From positions 15,532-79,531 of the forward strand of contig JAJDVZ010000131.1 in NCBI GenBank assembly GCA_022825835.1: a DNA stretch of 64,000 bases, in the 5' to 3' direction. Below the pieces are notes generated by a model. It saw only the letters and a list, made by a program, of their open reading frames with translations, was not told the DNA's origin and did no database searches. The stretch comes from Candidatus Latescibacterota bacterium (GTDB lineage Bacteria > Latescibacterota > UBA2968 > UBA8231). How positions within the stretch are numbered: the first letter of the stretch is position 1; each line of letters begins with the position of its first letter. The position numbers and the translations under genes are program-made. Of the stretch, positions 9,551-19,800 are shown piece after piece.

Positions 9551-10486
9551 ATGATGCTAGGCAAGCGGATCATCCTGAGTGCAGCGATCCTAAGTATTGG
9601 TCTGTCGGCCCAAACGTGGGCCCACGATCCACCGGATCTGCTCATCCCGGCGGCGCAGTTCCCACCGGGGGCAGAACCCGTCATCGATGGCAATCCCGTC
9701 GAATGGGGACCCATTCCGGTGGAAACCTACGGTTCCGTAGGCGAACTGCTGTATCCGGTCGGTGCGGCGACGAGGGAAGGACGAGTGCTGGAGAACGCCT
9801 CCCAAGGGGACATCAATCCCGCGGACTTCCAGATTAAACACAAGTTAGGGTGGAGCCCAACCACGAACGGCTTTTACATCCTGACCGAGGTGTTTGACGA
9901 CCTGCACTTCATCGGGCGTCCCGACCCCGCTCGCTTCTGGCTCGACGACAGCGTCGAGTACGGATTGAATTTCAAGCACCAATCGTCGGAGGATCAGACC
10001 TTCAACGATGGGGACATCGTGACCCTGCAGAAGTACAAGTTCGCCTACCCTCCTTTGGAGGGAGAGTGGCAGTTCTATGAGCCGCAAGGGAACTTGCCTT
10101 GGCTGACCAGTGGGACCAAGTGGTTCGACATTGGGATCACTTTTGAAGGCGAGGAGTTCGGCGAGAGCACCTATTTCTACGAACTCAGGATCCGGCCAAT
10201 CGCCGAAATGCCCAACAGTGAGAGCGCCACCGAGGATCAAGCGGTCGAGGGCATCCTGCAGGAGGGGATGATCGTCCATTGGGGCAATATGATCAGCGAC
10301 ACCGACGAAGGAGGCACAGAGGACCAGAAGCGGGAGACGCAGTGGTCCACATCTCCTTCCGGCGCTGCGGCCAATGGGACGACCGACGTGTTGCTGTCGC
10401 CAGTTGATCCAGGCATCGAGTTCGTCGAGCAACAGACGGCCGTCGAAGCCACGAGTTGGGCGCGGGTCAAGGCGCAGTACCGATAG
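9551..10486 (+). CDS. Secreted acidic protein, CBM9/DOMON-like, with C-terminal TAVEATSWARVK motif
   Basis: AGGAGG RBS and signal peptide ending TWA. P-V-I-D-G-x-x-x-E-W, 'LGWS...FYILTEVFDD' and 'DDSVE' motifs resemble CBM9-like domains. Ends QTAVEATSWARVKAQYR. Confidence 0.7.
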   Translation: MMLGKRIILSAAILSIGLSAQTWAHDPPDLLIPAAQFPPGAEPVIDGNPVEWGPIPVETYGSVGELLYPVGAATREGRVLENASQGDINPADFQIKHKLGWSPTTNGFYILTEVFDDLHFIGRPDPARFWLDDSVEYGLNFKHQSSEDQTFNDGDIVTLQKYKFAYPPLEGEWQFYEPQGNLPWLTSGTKWFDIGITFEGEEFGESTYFYELRIRPIAEMPNSESATEDQAVEGILQEGMIVHWGNMISDTDEGGTEDQKRETQWSTSPSGAAANGTTDVLLSPVDPGIEFVEQQTAVEATSWARVKAQYR

Positions 10487-10521
10487 ATCTGAAGGATCGC
10501 AACAGCGGTCTTTCTGAAGAT

Positions 10522-10580
10522 AGGGTGCCGGCAGGTCTTGGACGCGATAGCGTCCGAGGCGGTCGGCACCCTTTATTTTT
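10522..10580 (+). terminator. Long hairpin plus U-tract, probable intrinsic terminator
   Basis: AGGGTGCCGGC (10522-10532) pairs with GTCGGCACCCT (10562-10572), with inner stem CTTGGACGC-GATA-GCGTCCGAG, followed by TTATTTTT. Confidence 0.7.
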
Positions 10581-10592
10581 GGAGTGCAGGCG

Positions 10593-11768
10593 ATGCGGAT
10601 CACCAGAGTCAAGACGTACATCGTAGATGGCGGTTTTCGCCCCTGGACCTTCGTGAAGATCGAAACCAGCGACCCGGGCCTCGTGGGGTGGGGGGACTGC
10701 ACCGACTGGGGCTCTCCCGGACCTGTGGCGGCAACCGTAGAGCGGTACGCCGAGCGGATTATCGGCAAGGACCCCATGGCGAGCGAGGCGATCTGGTGGG
10801 AACTATCCGCCTTCTCGGTTCGCCACACCGGAGGCATTGCCTACAAGGCGATGTCCGGCATTGACTCGGCCCTGTGGGACATCCGCGGCAAGGTTCTAAA
10901 CGCACCCGTGTGGCAACTGCTCGGCGGCCGCATGAGGGACCGGCTCCGGCTTTACTGGTCTCACTGCGGTACGACCCGGACCGGACCGTGGACGCAGAAG
11001 TTGGGGTTGCGGCCCGTGCGGACGATCGCCGACTTGGAGGAATTGGCTAGAGAGGTGCAGGAACGCGGCTTCACGGCGATCAAGACGAACCTGATGCCCC
11101 TGGAGGACGATCCCGAGGGCACCGGTGTACCGAGCGGCGTCGGCGATGCACCCTCCTCTGTCCTGCGCCACGCGGAGCGAATAATCGGCACCTTCCGGGA
11201 GACCCTCGGACCGGATGTGGGGATCGCGCTGGATGTGGGATTCCACTTCAAGTTAGGCGGCGCAGCGCGGCTTGCTAGAGCCTTGGAGCCGTACGACCTG
11301 ATGTGGCTTGAGACGGAGACCCTAGACGCGACTGCGCTGCGGACCATCCGCGATTCCACGACCACGACGATCTGCACCGGCGAGAGCCTCTTTGGCACCG
11401 CCGACTTCCGACCTTTCCTCGAACTCCACGCCCAAGACATCGTCATGCCCGACCTAGCTTGGAACGGGATTGGGATGGGCCGACGGCTCGCCGACTTAGC
11501 CCACGCTTATGACGTGCTATTTGCCCCCCACAACTGCCACAGCCCGCTGACGACGCTGGTCTCGGCCAATGTCTGCGCTACTGTGCCCAATTTCTACATC
11601 CTTGAATTCGATGTGGACGACGCGCCGTGGCGAGACGACCTGATGAGTCACCCCTTTGAAGTGCAGGACGGACACCTGATTCTACCGGAACGGCCCGGTC
11701 TAGGATCGGACTTGATCGAATCCGAACTTGCCAAGCACCCCCCCGACCACTACCCCGACGCGCGCTGA
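10593..11768 (+). CDS. Mandelate racemase/muconate lactonizing enzyme family, galactonate dehydratase-like
   Basis: AMSGIDSALWDIRGK..APVWQLLGG, KT-like catalytic strand, D/E/E metal ligands (LDV, WLE, TGE), APHN, PGLG. Confidence 0.85.
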   Translation: MRITRVKTYIVDGGFRPWTFVKIETSDPGLVGWGDCTDWGSPGPVAATVERYAERIIGKDPMASEAIWWELSAFSVRHTGGIAYKAMSGIDSALWDIRGKVLNAPVWQLLGGRMRDRLRLYWSHCGTTRTGPWTQKLGLRPVRTIADLEELAREVQERGFTAIKTNLMPLEDDPEGTGVPSGVGDAPSSVLRHAERIIGTFRETLGPDVGIALDVGFHFKLGGAARLARALEPYDLMWLETETLDATALRTIRDSTTTTICTGESLFGTADFRPFLELHAQDIVMPDLAWNGIGMGRRLADLAHAYDVLFAPHNCHSPLTTLVSANVCATVPNFYILEFDVDDAPWRDDLMSHPFEVQDGHLILPERPGLGSDLIESELAKHPPDHYPDAR

Positions 11769-11772
11769 TGCT

Positions 11773-13755
11773 ATGACTACGCAGGGGCAGCCGGATTTGT
11801 CGGCTGGTGGAGGGCGCGTGTTTACCGTGCGCGCCTTTCTCTTGGGTTGCCTGCTGACGGCGTTCCTTGGAACTGGCCCGCTCTATGTCCAGTTCGTCCA
11901 TCACACGGCCCCACTCAACGCCGACTCCATCACGGCCGGTGCCGTGTTCCTGTTTTTCCTGCTCACCTTTGTAGTCAATACCGCACTGCGGAAAATCCAT
12001 CCTCCCTGGGTTTTTACAACGGGCGAACTCGTCGTCATCTACACGATGATGATCGTGGCTTCCACGATCCCGACCAAGACGCTGATGGCGAATATGATCC
12101 CCGTTCTGCCAGGAGCTTCTTATTACGCCACGCCGGAGAACGAATGGGCCGAACTGATCTTGCCTTTGATCCCGGATTGGATAGGACCCCACGACCCGCT
12201 CGCAATAAAGTATTTCTACGAAGGAGCCCCCTCCCATGTCTCGGTCCCGTGGGGGGCATGGTTAGTGCCCTTCGCGGCGTGGGGGATTTTTATCGCCTCC
12301 TTCTTTGCCGTGATGATTAGCAGCATGGTGATCGTCCGGCGTCAGTGGGTGGAGCACGAGCGGCTCGTCTTCCCCTTGACCCAAGTGCCGCTGGAGATGC
12401 TCCAGTCTCCCAAGTCGGGGCACATTCTAGGATCCCTTTTCCGGCAACCGCTGCTGTGGGTGGGGATCGCGCTGCCTTGGATCGTACTGAGCACGCATGG
12501 GCTGCACGCCTATTTCAACTACATCCCTAGGATTGAGACGAGGACCTACTTTGAACTATTCAGGGATACCACACCGTTCCGCATTCTCCTGAGCTTTTCT
12601 GTTATCGGATTTACCTACCTAGTGAATCTCGAAATCGGATTTAGCCTCTGGTTCTTTCATGTGCTGATGAAGCTACAGTCGGGCCTGCTGAACATTATTG
12701 GCTACGACATCCCAGGGCGCGAAGAGGTCTTTGTCGGCGGGGGAGGAACGGTCGCGGTCGGCCACGAGGCGATGGGAGCCACCATCGCGCTAGTTTTGTT
12801 CGTCCTGTGGACCAGTCGCCGGCATCTAGCTTCGGTCTTCGGCAAAGCCTTCGGCACCGCCCCACACGTGGATGACAGGGACGAAATCATGTCCTACCGG
12901 GCGGCGGTGATTACGCTACTGGTTGGGCTGGTCGGCATGGGTCTGTGGCTCAACGCTAGCGGGATGCCGCTGTGGCTCACGCCCTTTTTCGTGGGCACTG
13001 CCTTTGCCGCGTTTTTTGCCCTGACTCGGATCATCGCCGAAGGCGGAGTCGGCTTTTCCCGGACGCAACTCGTCCCGGCCGTGTTCACGGTTTATACTTT
13101 TGGGACTGGGCTCGTGGGGCCTACGGGACTGACTAGCTTGGGCTTCACCTACACCTGGAGTTCCGAAATCCGCTCCCCACTGATGGCGTCGGTAATGCAC
13201 GCGCTGAAAATGATGGACAGCATTGGCGTTCGCCGACCGCGGCCCCTCTTAGGTGCCATTGTACTGGCGGCGCTGATCGGCACAATCTGTTCGGGCCTGA
13301 TGACTGTGTGGCTCGCCTATACATACGGGGGAATCAATCTGCAGCGCTGGGCTTTCTTGGGATTGCCCCAGACCATCTTTGGGTTCGTGGGAGACAAGCT
13401 GCAGAACCCCCTCGGCAGCGACATCACCGTGCCAAGGATCGTCTTTGCGGGGTTGGGCGGTACCGTCATGGCTGGACTGATGTACGCCCGGCACCGGTTT
13501 ATCAACTGGCCACTTCACTATCTAGGACTACCCATCGCCACGTCGTTGCCGATCAGCCTAGGTTGGTTCAGTATTATGCTCGGCTGGCTGTTTAAGCTGT
13601 TTATCGTGCGCTATGGGGGAGTGCGTCTATATCGCACCATACGGCCCTTCTTCATCGGCCTGATCGCGGGACAGATTAGCTGCGGCGCGAGCTGGATGGC
13701 TATAGACTACTTGACGGGCATGGTGGGCAATTGGGTGAGCGTGGGGGTTCCCTGA
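11773..13755 (+). CDS. DUF6785/DUF6784-type polytopic membrane protein (OPT-like putative transporter)
   Basis: YYATPENEW, RRQWVEHERLVFPL, DEIMSYR, RIIAEGG and LIVRYGG-like/RPFFIGLIAG motifs. About 16 hydrophobic segments. Confidence 0.75.
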   Translation: MTTQGQPDLSAGGGRVFTVRAFLLGCLLTAFLGTGPLYVQFVHHTAPLNADSITAGAVFLFFLLTFVVNTALRKIHPPWVFTTGELVVIYTMMIVASTIPTKTLMANMIPVLPGASYYATPENEWAELILPLIPDWIGPHDPLAIKYFYEGAPSHVSVPWGAWLVPFAAWGIFIASFFAVMISSMVIVRRQWVEHERLVFPLTQVPLEMLQSPKSGHILGSLFRQPLLWVGIALPWIVLSTHGLHAYFNYIPRIETRTYFELFRDTTPFRILLSFSVIGFTYLVNLEIGFSLWFFHVLMKLQSGLLNIIGYDIPGREEVFVGGGGTVAVGHEAMGATIALVLFVLWTSRRHLASVFGKAFGTAPHVDDRDEIMSYRAAVITLLVGLVGMGLWLNASGMPLWLTPFFVGTAFAAFFALTRIIAEGGVGFSRTQLVPAVFTVYTFGTGLVGPTGLTSLGFTYTWSSEIRSPLMASVMHALKMMDSIGVRRPRPLLGAIVLAALIGTICSGLMTVWLAYTYGGINLQRWAFLGLPQTIFGFVGDKLQNPLGSDITVPRIVFAGLGGTVMAGLMYARHRFINWPLHYLGLPIATSLPISLGWFSIMLGWLFKLFIVRYGGVRLYRTIRPFFIGLIAGQISCGASWMAIDYLTGMVGNWVSVGVP

Positions 13756-13829
13756 CTTTTGCCGTTGGCCAGCACAGGCGGAAAACCAAGGAAACCGTGA
13801 GGATATGGTACATTATCAAAGGAGGATAT

Positions 13830-14915
13830 ATGAAAAGATGGATAGTTGTAACTCTATTAATAACGGCCTTTCTCCCAGGCCTGTGGACGCGGGAAGCAGG
13901 AGGCGCTGAGCGGCCTGTGATTACTCTTCGAGGCGAGCTAGCGCATTTGTCCATCGATCTAGCAGGTGGCGGTATCGTCGATTTTCACCTGCTGTCCAAC
14001 GGCATCAATCCGCTCAAGTGGGAGGGCGAGGGCGGCGAGCTGGAGCCGCGCAATCGCGGGCACTTTCTGTGTCTGGACCGCGTGGGCCGTCCGTCGGCTG
14101 CGGAGCAGGCCAATGGCATGCCCTTCCACGGCGAGGCGGGGAGCAGGATGTGGGAACTCCTCGGCAAGCCGGAACAACAAGGCGATGCCGTAGTGGCGGA
14201 AATGAGCACCCACCTGCCGTTGGCGGGGATGCACGTGCGGCGCACCGTGAGGCTAGCAGGGACCCACTTCAGCGTTCGCGAAGAGGTTACTAATACCAAT
14301 GCGCTAGGGCGCATCTACAACATAGTGCAGCATCCCACAATCGGACCGCCGTTCCTCGACGAGAGCACACTGGTGGACGCCAATGCGCGCAAGGGGTTCA
14401 TGCTCAGCAGTCCCATGCCGAACCCGGAGGAGCCATCCGTGTACTGGCCTCAAGCGCTCGACGCGGGAATGCCGGTCGATATGCGCCGACTCGTGGACGA
14501 TCAAGAACCGGCCGTGGTAGTTTATGTGATCGACGATGAATACGGCTGGACCACCGCCACTGCGCCGGGACACGGTCTGCTCCTGGGCTACCTCTGGAAG
14601 GCCGCTGAGTACCCTTGGTTCCGAGCGTGGCGGCACATCCGCGACGGCCGTCCCTTCGCCCGGGGCATTGAGTTTGGTACTACGGGTCCGGGCACCCCCT
14701 TCGGCTTCCTCGTGGAAAAGGGACGCATCTTCGGTCGCACCCTCTTCGACTACATCGATGCCGGCGAGACGATTAGTCGGTCGTATGCCGCCTTTCTCGT
14801 CGAAGTGCCGAACGACTTTGCCGGCGTTGAGCGGATTAACTACGACGGTGCGCAAGTGGAGCTAAAGGAGTGGGAGGGAACGCGACGCCTCTCGCTTGAG
14901 GTTGGAGGCCTGTAG
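13830..14915 (+). CDS. Exported aldose-1-epimerase-like (galactose mutarotase fold) protein
   Basis: GGAGG RBS and signal peptide. 'PFHGEA', 'NIVQHPTIGPPFL' and 'RGIEFGTT' motifs. Confidence 0.55.
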   Translation: MKRWIVVTLLITAFLPGLWTREAGGAERPVITLRGELAHLSIDLAGGGIVDFHLLSNGINPLKWEGEGGELEPRNRGHFLCLDRVGRPSAAEQANGMPFHGEAGSRMWELLGKPEQQGDAVVAEMSTHLPLAGMHVRRTVRLAGTHFSVREEVTNTNALGRIYNIVQHPTIGPPFLDESTLVDANARKGFMLSSPMPNPEEPSVYWPQALDAGMPVDMRRLVDDQEPAVVVYVIDDEYGWTTATAPGHGLLLGYLWKAAEYPWFRAWRHIRDGRPFARGIEFGTTGPGTPFGFLVEKGRIFGRTLFDYIDAGETISRSYAAFLVEVPNDFAGVERINYDGAQVELKEWEGTRRLSLEVGGL

Positions 14916-14920
14916 CAATT

Positions 14921-16705
14921 ATGGCTACCAGACCGAATTCCCTTTTCATCGCAGCGAAATCGGCGATCCGGTTGTTGCTCACTTGCAGCATGGGATTGCT
15001 GGCCTGTGCGGAAGAGAGGCCGGGCAAGACGGGACAAGAGGGGACCCGATCCATTCCGCGAGAACGCACGCTCGTCACGCACTGCTCGGACATAAATACC
15101 TGCGGCGGACAGATCGTCGATTACAATACCTTCAATCCTTTTCTCCTCGGTTCGTCCTCCCGCACTGGTGCACACTTCCTGTACGAGCCGCTGTATTTCT
15201 ACAGCGCCTACGACGAGGACGACCAACTCATCCCGTGGATCGCCACCGGACACGAGTACAACCAAGACTTTACGCAGGTCACGGTCCACATCCGGCCGGG
15301 CGTAACGTGGAGCGACGGCACGCCGTGGACCGCCGCGGATTTGGCCTATACGGTCGCAGCCCTCAAGGAGAACGCCCCCGAACTATTCCTCTCCACCGAC
15401 ATGGAGACCTGGGTCGAGCGCGTGGAAGTAGAAGACGAGCTAACCGCGCGGTTCGTGCTCAAGCAGCCCAATCCGCGCTTTGTGTTCAACTATCTGACCA
15501 ACTGCTTCTTCAACGGGATCGTAGTTGTTCCCAAGCACATCTGGGAAGGCGAAGATCCCAAGACCTTTGAGAATTGCTGTGGCGAGGGCCAGCCGGTCGT
15601 CAGCGGTCCCTATCGCCTCAGCCTATCGGTCCCGCAGCAGCGCATTCTCACTAGGAGAGATGACTGGTGGGCGGCCGCAATCGGCTTCCACGCCTTGCCC
15701 GAAGTCGAGCAACTCATCTTTCTCCCCTATATGGACGAGGCCAAGCGCGTTCAGGCTTTAATCAGCAACGACATCGACATCTCTCTGGATTTGCGCCCCC
15801 CCAACATCAAGACGGCCCTCGATGAGAACGCCAATATCGTTTCCTGGACGGGTGAGGTGCCGCCCTACGGATACGTTGACTGGTGGCCGGTCAACCTCGG
15901 GTTCAACAACCTAGAGGAGCCCTTCCGCGATGTGCAGATCCGCCACGCCATCAATCACGCTATCAACCGCGAGGAACTGGTGGCAGTTGGTTGGCAGGGA
16001 GCTGGAAAAGCGAATTTTCTTCCCTTCCCCAACTTCCCAGCACTGCAACAGTACCTCGACGAAGTCGCGCCGCTGGTAGAAAAGTACAGCGTGGCCACGT
16101 ACGACACGGCTCGGACGGCCGCCATAATGCGGGCCAAGGGATGGAGGCGGGATGAGCAAGGATTCTGGGCGCAGGACGGCGCTCGCTTCAAGATCCCCAT
16201 TGACATTGGCACCGTGCATCAAGATCTGGCACCGGTACTAGTGGCACAACTCAGGCGCGCCGGGTTCAGTGCGAGTCATCGCATGACAGCCGATGGTATA
16301 ACGCGCATGGCGCAGGGAACCGCAAGGGCCTTTATGATGGGAAGCGTCGGTTCAATCCGCGATCCCTACTTCACGCTCAACTTCTTCCACAGCCGCTACG
16401 TCCAACCCACTGGAACCCACTCCGAGCGCTATTGGCGCTGGCGCAATGCCGAGTTCGATCAGCTAGTGGACCGCATGGGACGCACACCGCCGGATGATCC
16501 AAAACTAGTGGAACTGTTTCGCGCGGCCATGGACATCTGGTTGCGCGAGTTGCCCGCTATCCCTCTGGTCCAGTGGTACCACCGAATTCCCCACAATCAG
16601 ACCTACTGGACCAACTGGCCCTCGGAAGAAAACCCTTATATCAATAGCGCCTACTGGCACAAGACGTGGCTACTGGTGCTCCTAGGGATCAAAGCTGCGA
16701 GATGA
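14921..16705 (+). CDS. ABC-type family 5 (peptide/oligosaccharide) substrate-binding lipoprotein
   Basis: Lipobox-like LLAC, YEPL, RPGVTWSDGTPWTAAD, GPY, IRHAINHAINRE, YWTNWP. Confidence 0.9.
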   Translation: MATRPNSLFIAAKSAIRLLLTCSMGLLACAEERPGKTGQEGTRSIPRERTLVTHCSDINTCGGQIVDYNTFNPFLLGSSSRTGAHFLYEPLYFYSAYDEDDQLIPWIATGHEYNQDFTQVTVHIRPGVTWSDGTPWTAADLAYTVAALKENAPELFLSTDMETWVERVEVEDELTARFVLKQPNPRFVFNYLTNCFFNGIVVVPKHIWEGEDPKTFENCCGEGQPVVSGPYRLSLSVPQQRILTRRDDWWAAAIGFHALPEVEQLIFLPYMDEAKRVQALISNDIDISLDLRPPNIKTALDENANIVSWTGEVPPYGYVDWWPVNLGFNNLEEPFRDVQIRHAINHAINREELVAVGWQGAGKANFLPFPNFPALQQYLDEVAPLVEKYSVATYDTARTAAIMRAKGWRRDEQGFWAQDGARFKIPIDIGTVHQDLAPVLVAQLRRAGFSASHRMTADGITRMAQGTARAFMMGSVGSIRDPYFTLNFFHSRYVQPTGTHSERYWRWRNAEFDQLVDRMGRTPPDDPKLVELFRAAMDIWLRELPAIPLVQWYHRIPHNQTYWTNWPSEENPYINSAYWHKTWLLVLLGIKAAR

Positions 16706-16808
16706 CCGGAGAGTAGGTAGCCATCGCGGCAAAACCGTTGCAGGTTTGACTTATGTGGTTTGGGTCGTTGCACAATCGCAGCTTTATGACTATACCGGAG
16801 GAAACGCC

Positions 16809-19800
16809 ATGCCCAATGCTCAGCTTTCCAAAGACAGTATAGCAAATGCGTCAGCGATAGTTTTGCTCTTGCCGATGCTCGCGGGATGGGCACATGGGCA
16901 AACGGGCGAATGGCTGCAATTGCGCGGCGACCGCCACATGAGCGGTCGGGCGTTGGGCGTCGGTCAAATTCACGAACCGCCGCAAGAACGCTGGCGCTAC
17001 GACATCGCCGCCTGGGAGGGCTATGTGGAAGTGGTCCAGCACGCAGGCGACGCCTCCGTGGCCTTGCCCTTTGCCGTCCCGGTAGATCCCGGGTACATCG
17101 GCACTCAAGGGCGGGTCTGGGGGATTGGGCCGCAGACGTTCGACCCCGGCGGCAGCGAAATGGTCATGCCGGTGGACAATGTCTTCAAAGTGGCCCAGAT
17201 CCTGCCTGAAGTAGAGGGCTTGCAGCGCTTTGAGATGGGAAACTCGTTCAGCGACGGCGGGGCCGATCCCAAGCAAGGCTGGCTGCTCGCGTACGATAAC
17301 GGCGAGCCTCGGGTGGTGTGGGAGACCGAGTCCTTTACCAATACTTGGGACCCCAATGTCCTCGTGGTTGACGTCGATGTCGATGGCCAACTCGATATCG
17401 TCGTGGCTACCCACTACCGCATCCTCGTCTTCGACGGGGCCACCGGGGAGACCAAGATGCAGTTGCAGTACCACGGGTACCGCAACTACGGCTGGTTCGG
17501 GGCCGCCAACATCGACGACGATCCGTATCCCGAATTCGGCGTGGTGGCCGATTTTAGCATGCACGCCGAGATCATTGACAACGACGGGACGGAATTGACG
17601 CTGCGTTGGCTGCGCGACATTCAGCCCGACCCATCGCAATCGACCAAGGTGGTGCGGCCCAAACCGCAGGCCCTAGTCGATGTGGACGGCGATGGGCGCT
17701 TCGAGCTGGTGTACAGCATTTACAACGACCAAGGCGACGGCCAGTGGCACATCGTCGGCGTCGATGCGCTCAGCGGCGAGACCAGCTTTGATTTTCCCCA
17801 GCACCATTTGCACGGTCTGGCCGATGTAGATGGCGATGGGCGCTTGGAACTGTTCGTCTCAGCTACGAGCGGCGAGGCCCTGCCGACCTACGCGCCGCTG
17901 GCGGTCTGGTCCTTGGAGGCGGGAGCGGCAACCGTGCGCTGGAGCCACGAGCGGGGGCGCTTCAGTACGGTATTGCTAAATCAACTGCCCCTAACGGTAA
18001 GCACTGGGGCTGCCGACGGATTGCGCACGGTTTCAACCGGCGATGTGGATGGCGATGGGCGGCGCGACTTCTTTGCGATCGCACCGGACGGGGCAGGTGA
18101 AGTGTTGGTCGCCTTGGGCAGCGACGAGACCGGACGCATTGAAACGCGCTGGTCGGTGCGCGGTCCAGCCGGGATGGCCTTGGAGACGGCCGCGGTAGCG
18201 GACAATGGAGCGGCGCTGCTGTATCTAAAGGGGAGTGGGCTCCCTAATCAAGCGCTGATGCTAGAGCGGGCCTCGGGAGAACTGCACCAGTGGAGTCGTC
18301 AGGCATTTACCCCGGCTGGCACACCAATAGTGGCCGATCTGGAAGGCGATGGCCGGGTGGAAGTGGTCGTGCAGACCGCGACTCGGGAAGTGCTGTGTCT
18401 GCAAGCTCCAGGGGTGGGCGGGGGCGAGCCCCGACTGCGGTGGCAGGTGCCGGGCTACGGCCAGACCAATAACGCGCCTTATCACTGGGGACTAGTCGCC
18501 GCCGACGTGGATGGCGACGGCCGCCAGGAAGTGCTGGCGGCGCGCGAGGCGGCCAGCGGCAACGCCAGCTTGGTGGCGCTCGCGACCGCTGGCTCCGTCC
18601 GCTGGCAGACCGAGTTCGTCGGCTTTGACGGCAGTATGCCTATATGGAACTTCAGCGGCCTGTCCTACTGGAGCGTCGGGTATTTCCGCAGCAACGAGTA
18701 CCTAGATGTATTCGCCAGCCTGCGGCGCGGCAAGTTGGGCAGCGAAGTGGGCTTTTTGCTCGATGGGCGCAGCGGCGAAATCGTCTGGGAATCCAAGGGT
18801 TTCATCCTGCCCGAGAACGGTAGCGGCCGCAGTCTGGGCGGACATCCCAGCGCTGCGGGGGATGTGGACGGCGACGGCTTAGAGGAAATCGTGGTGATGT
18901 GGCCCGACCGGCTGCACATTGTCGACGGGGTCACGGGCACGGCGCAGGTGGTGCGTCAGGCTTATGGCGACGGACTCAACCCGCTGTTCGAGAGCGACTC
19001 CTTTGTCGGCTATGCGTTTCCCGCGGTGGTCAATCTATTCGGCGACAGCCGACCAGAACTCCTCTGGGGGCACTGCAGCTATTTGAACGCCGTGCTAAGC
19101 GGCGATGGCGAGCGCATCTGGCAGACCCCGTACCGCAACAACACGGAAGTGAAATCGCTGATGGGAGTGGGCGACAGCGACGGCGATGGGACCGTGGAAC
19201 TGTTGGCTTCGACTGCGGACGGGGTACGCCTATTTCAAGCGGCAGACGGCGCGGTTTTGCTGGAGTTCGACGATGGGGTGCGCGCCCATACGGACGTGGT
19301 CTCCGGCGATGTGGACGGCGATGGGCGCGACGAGTTCCTGTTTGGCAGCGGCACCAAGTTGATCTGCGTGGAACAGGAGGAAGGCACCCTGCGCCGGGCC
19401 TGGACCCTCGAGGTGGAGGGTCGCAGCAGCGATATCGCCCTAGCCGATGCGGATAGAGACGGCCTTTTGGATGTGGTGGTCACGACCACGGACGGCTATG
19501 TAAAGGCGTACATGGGGGAGGTCGCCGCCACCGCGGTACAGGCTGTGGAGAGCACGCCGCAAAAAACGCATCTACAGCCGCCTTATCCCAACCCATTCAA
19601 CAGCCGGGTGCATATCGACTTCAGCGTGGGTCAGGCCAGCAAGGTGCGGCTAGAGGTTTTCGGCCAGACAGGACAGCGGGTGAAAACACTGGTACAGGCG
19701 TGGCGCAAACCAGGGGCTTATCAGGTACTCTGGGACGCGAGCGAGCTCGCCAGTGGGGTGTACCTCGTGCGCTTGCAAACGGGCGATATGGTGCAGGAGC

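Noticed and set aside
1-10486. SusC/SusD polysaccharide utilisation locus, or flagellar hook-cap genes
   Set aside because: No TonB box, plug domain or SusD motifs are visible. The FlgD-like segments are only C-terminal Ig tails and there are no flagellar genes.
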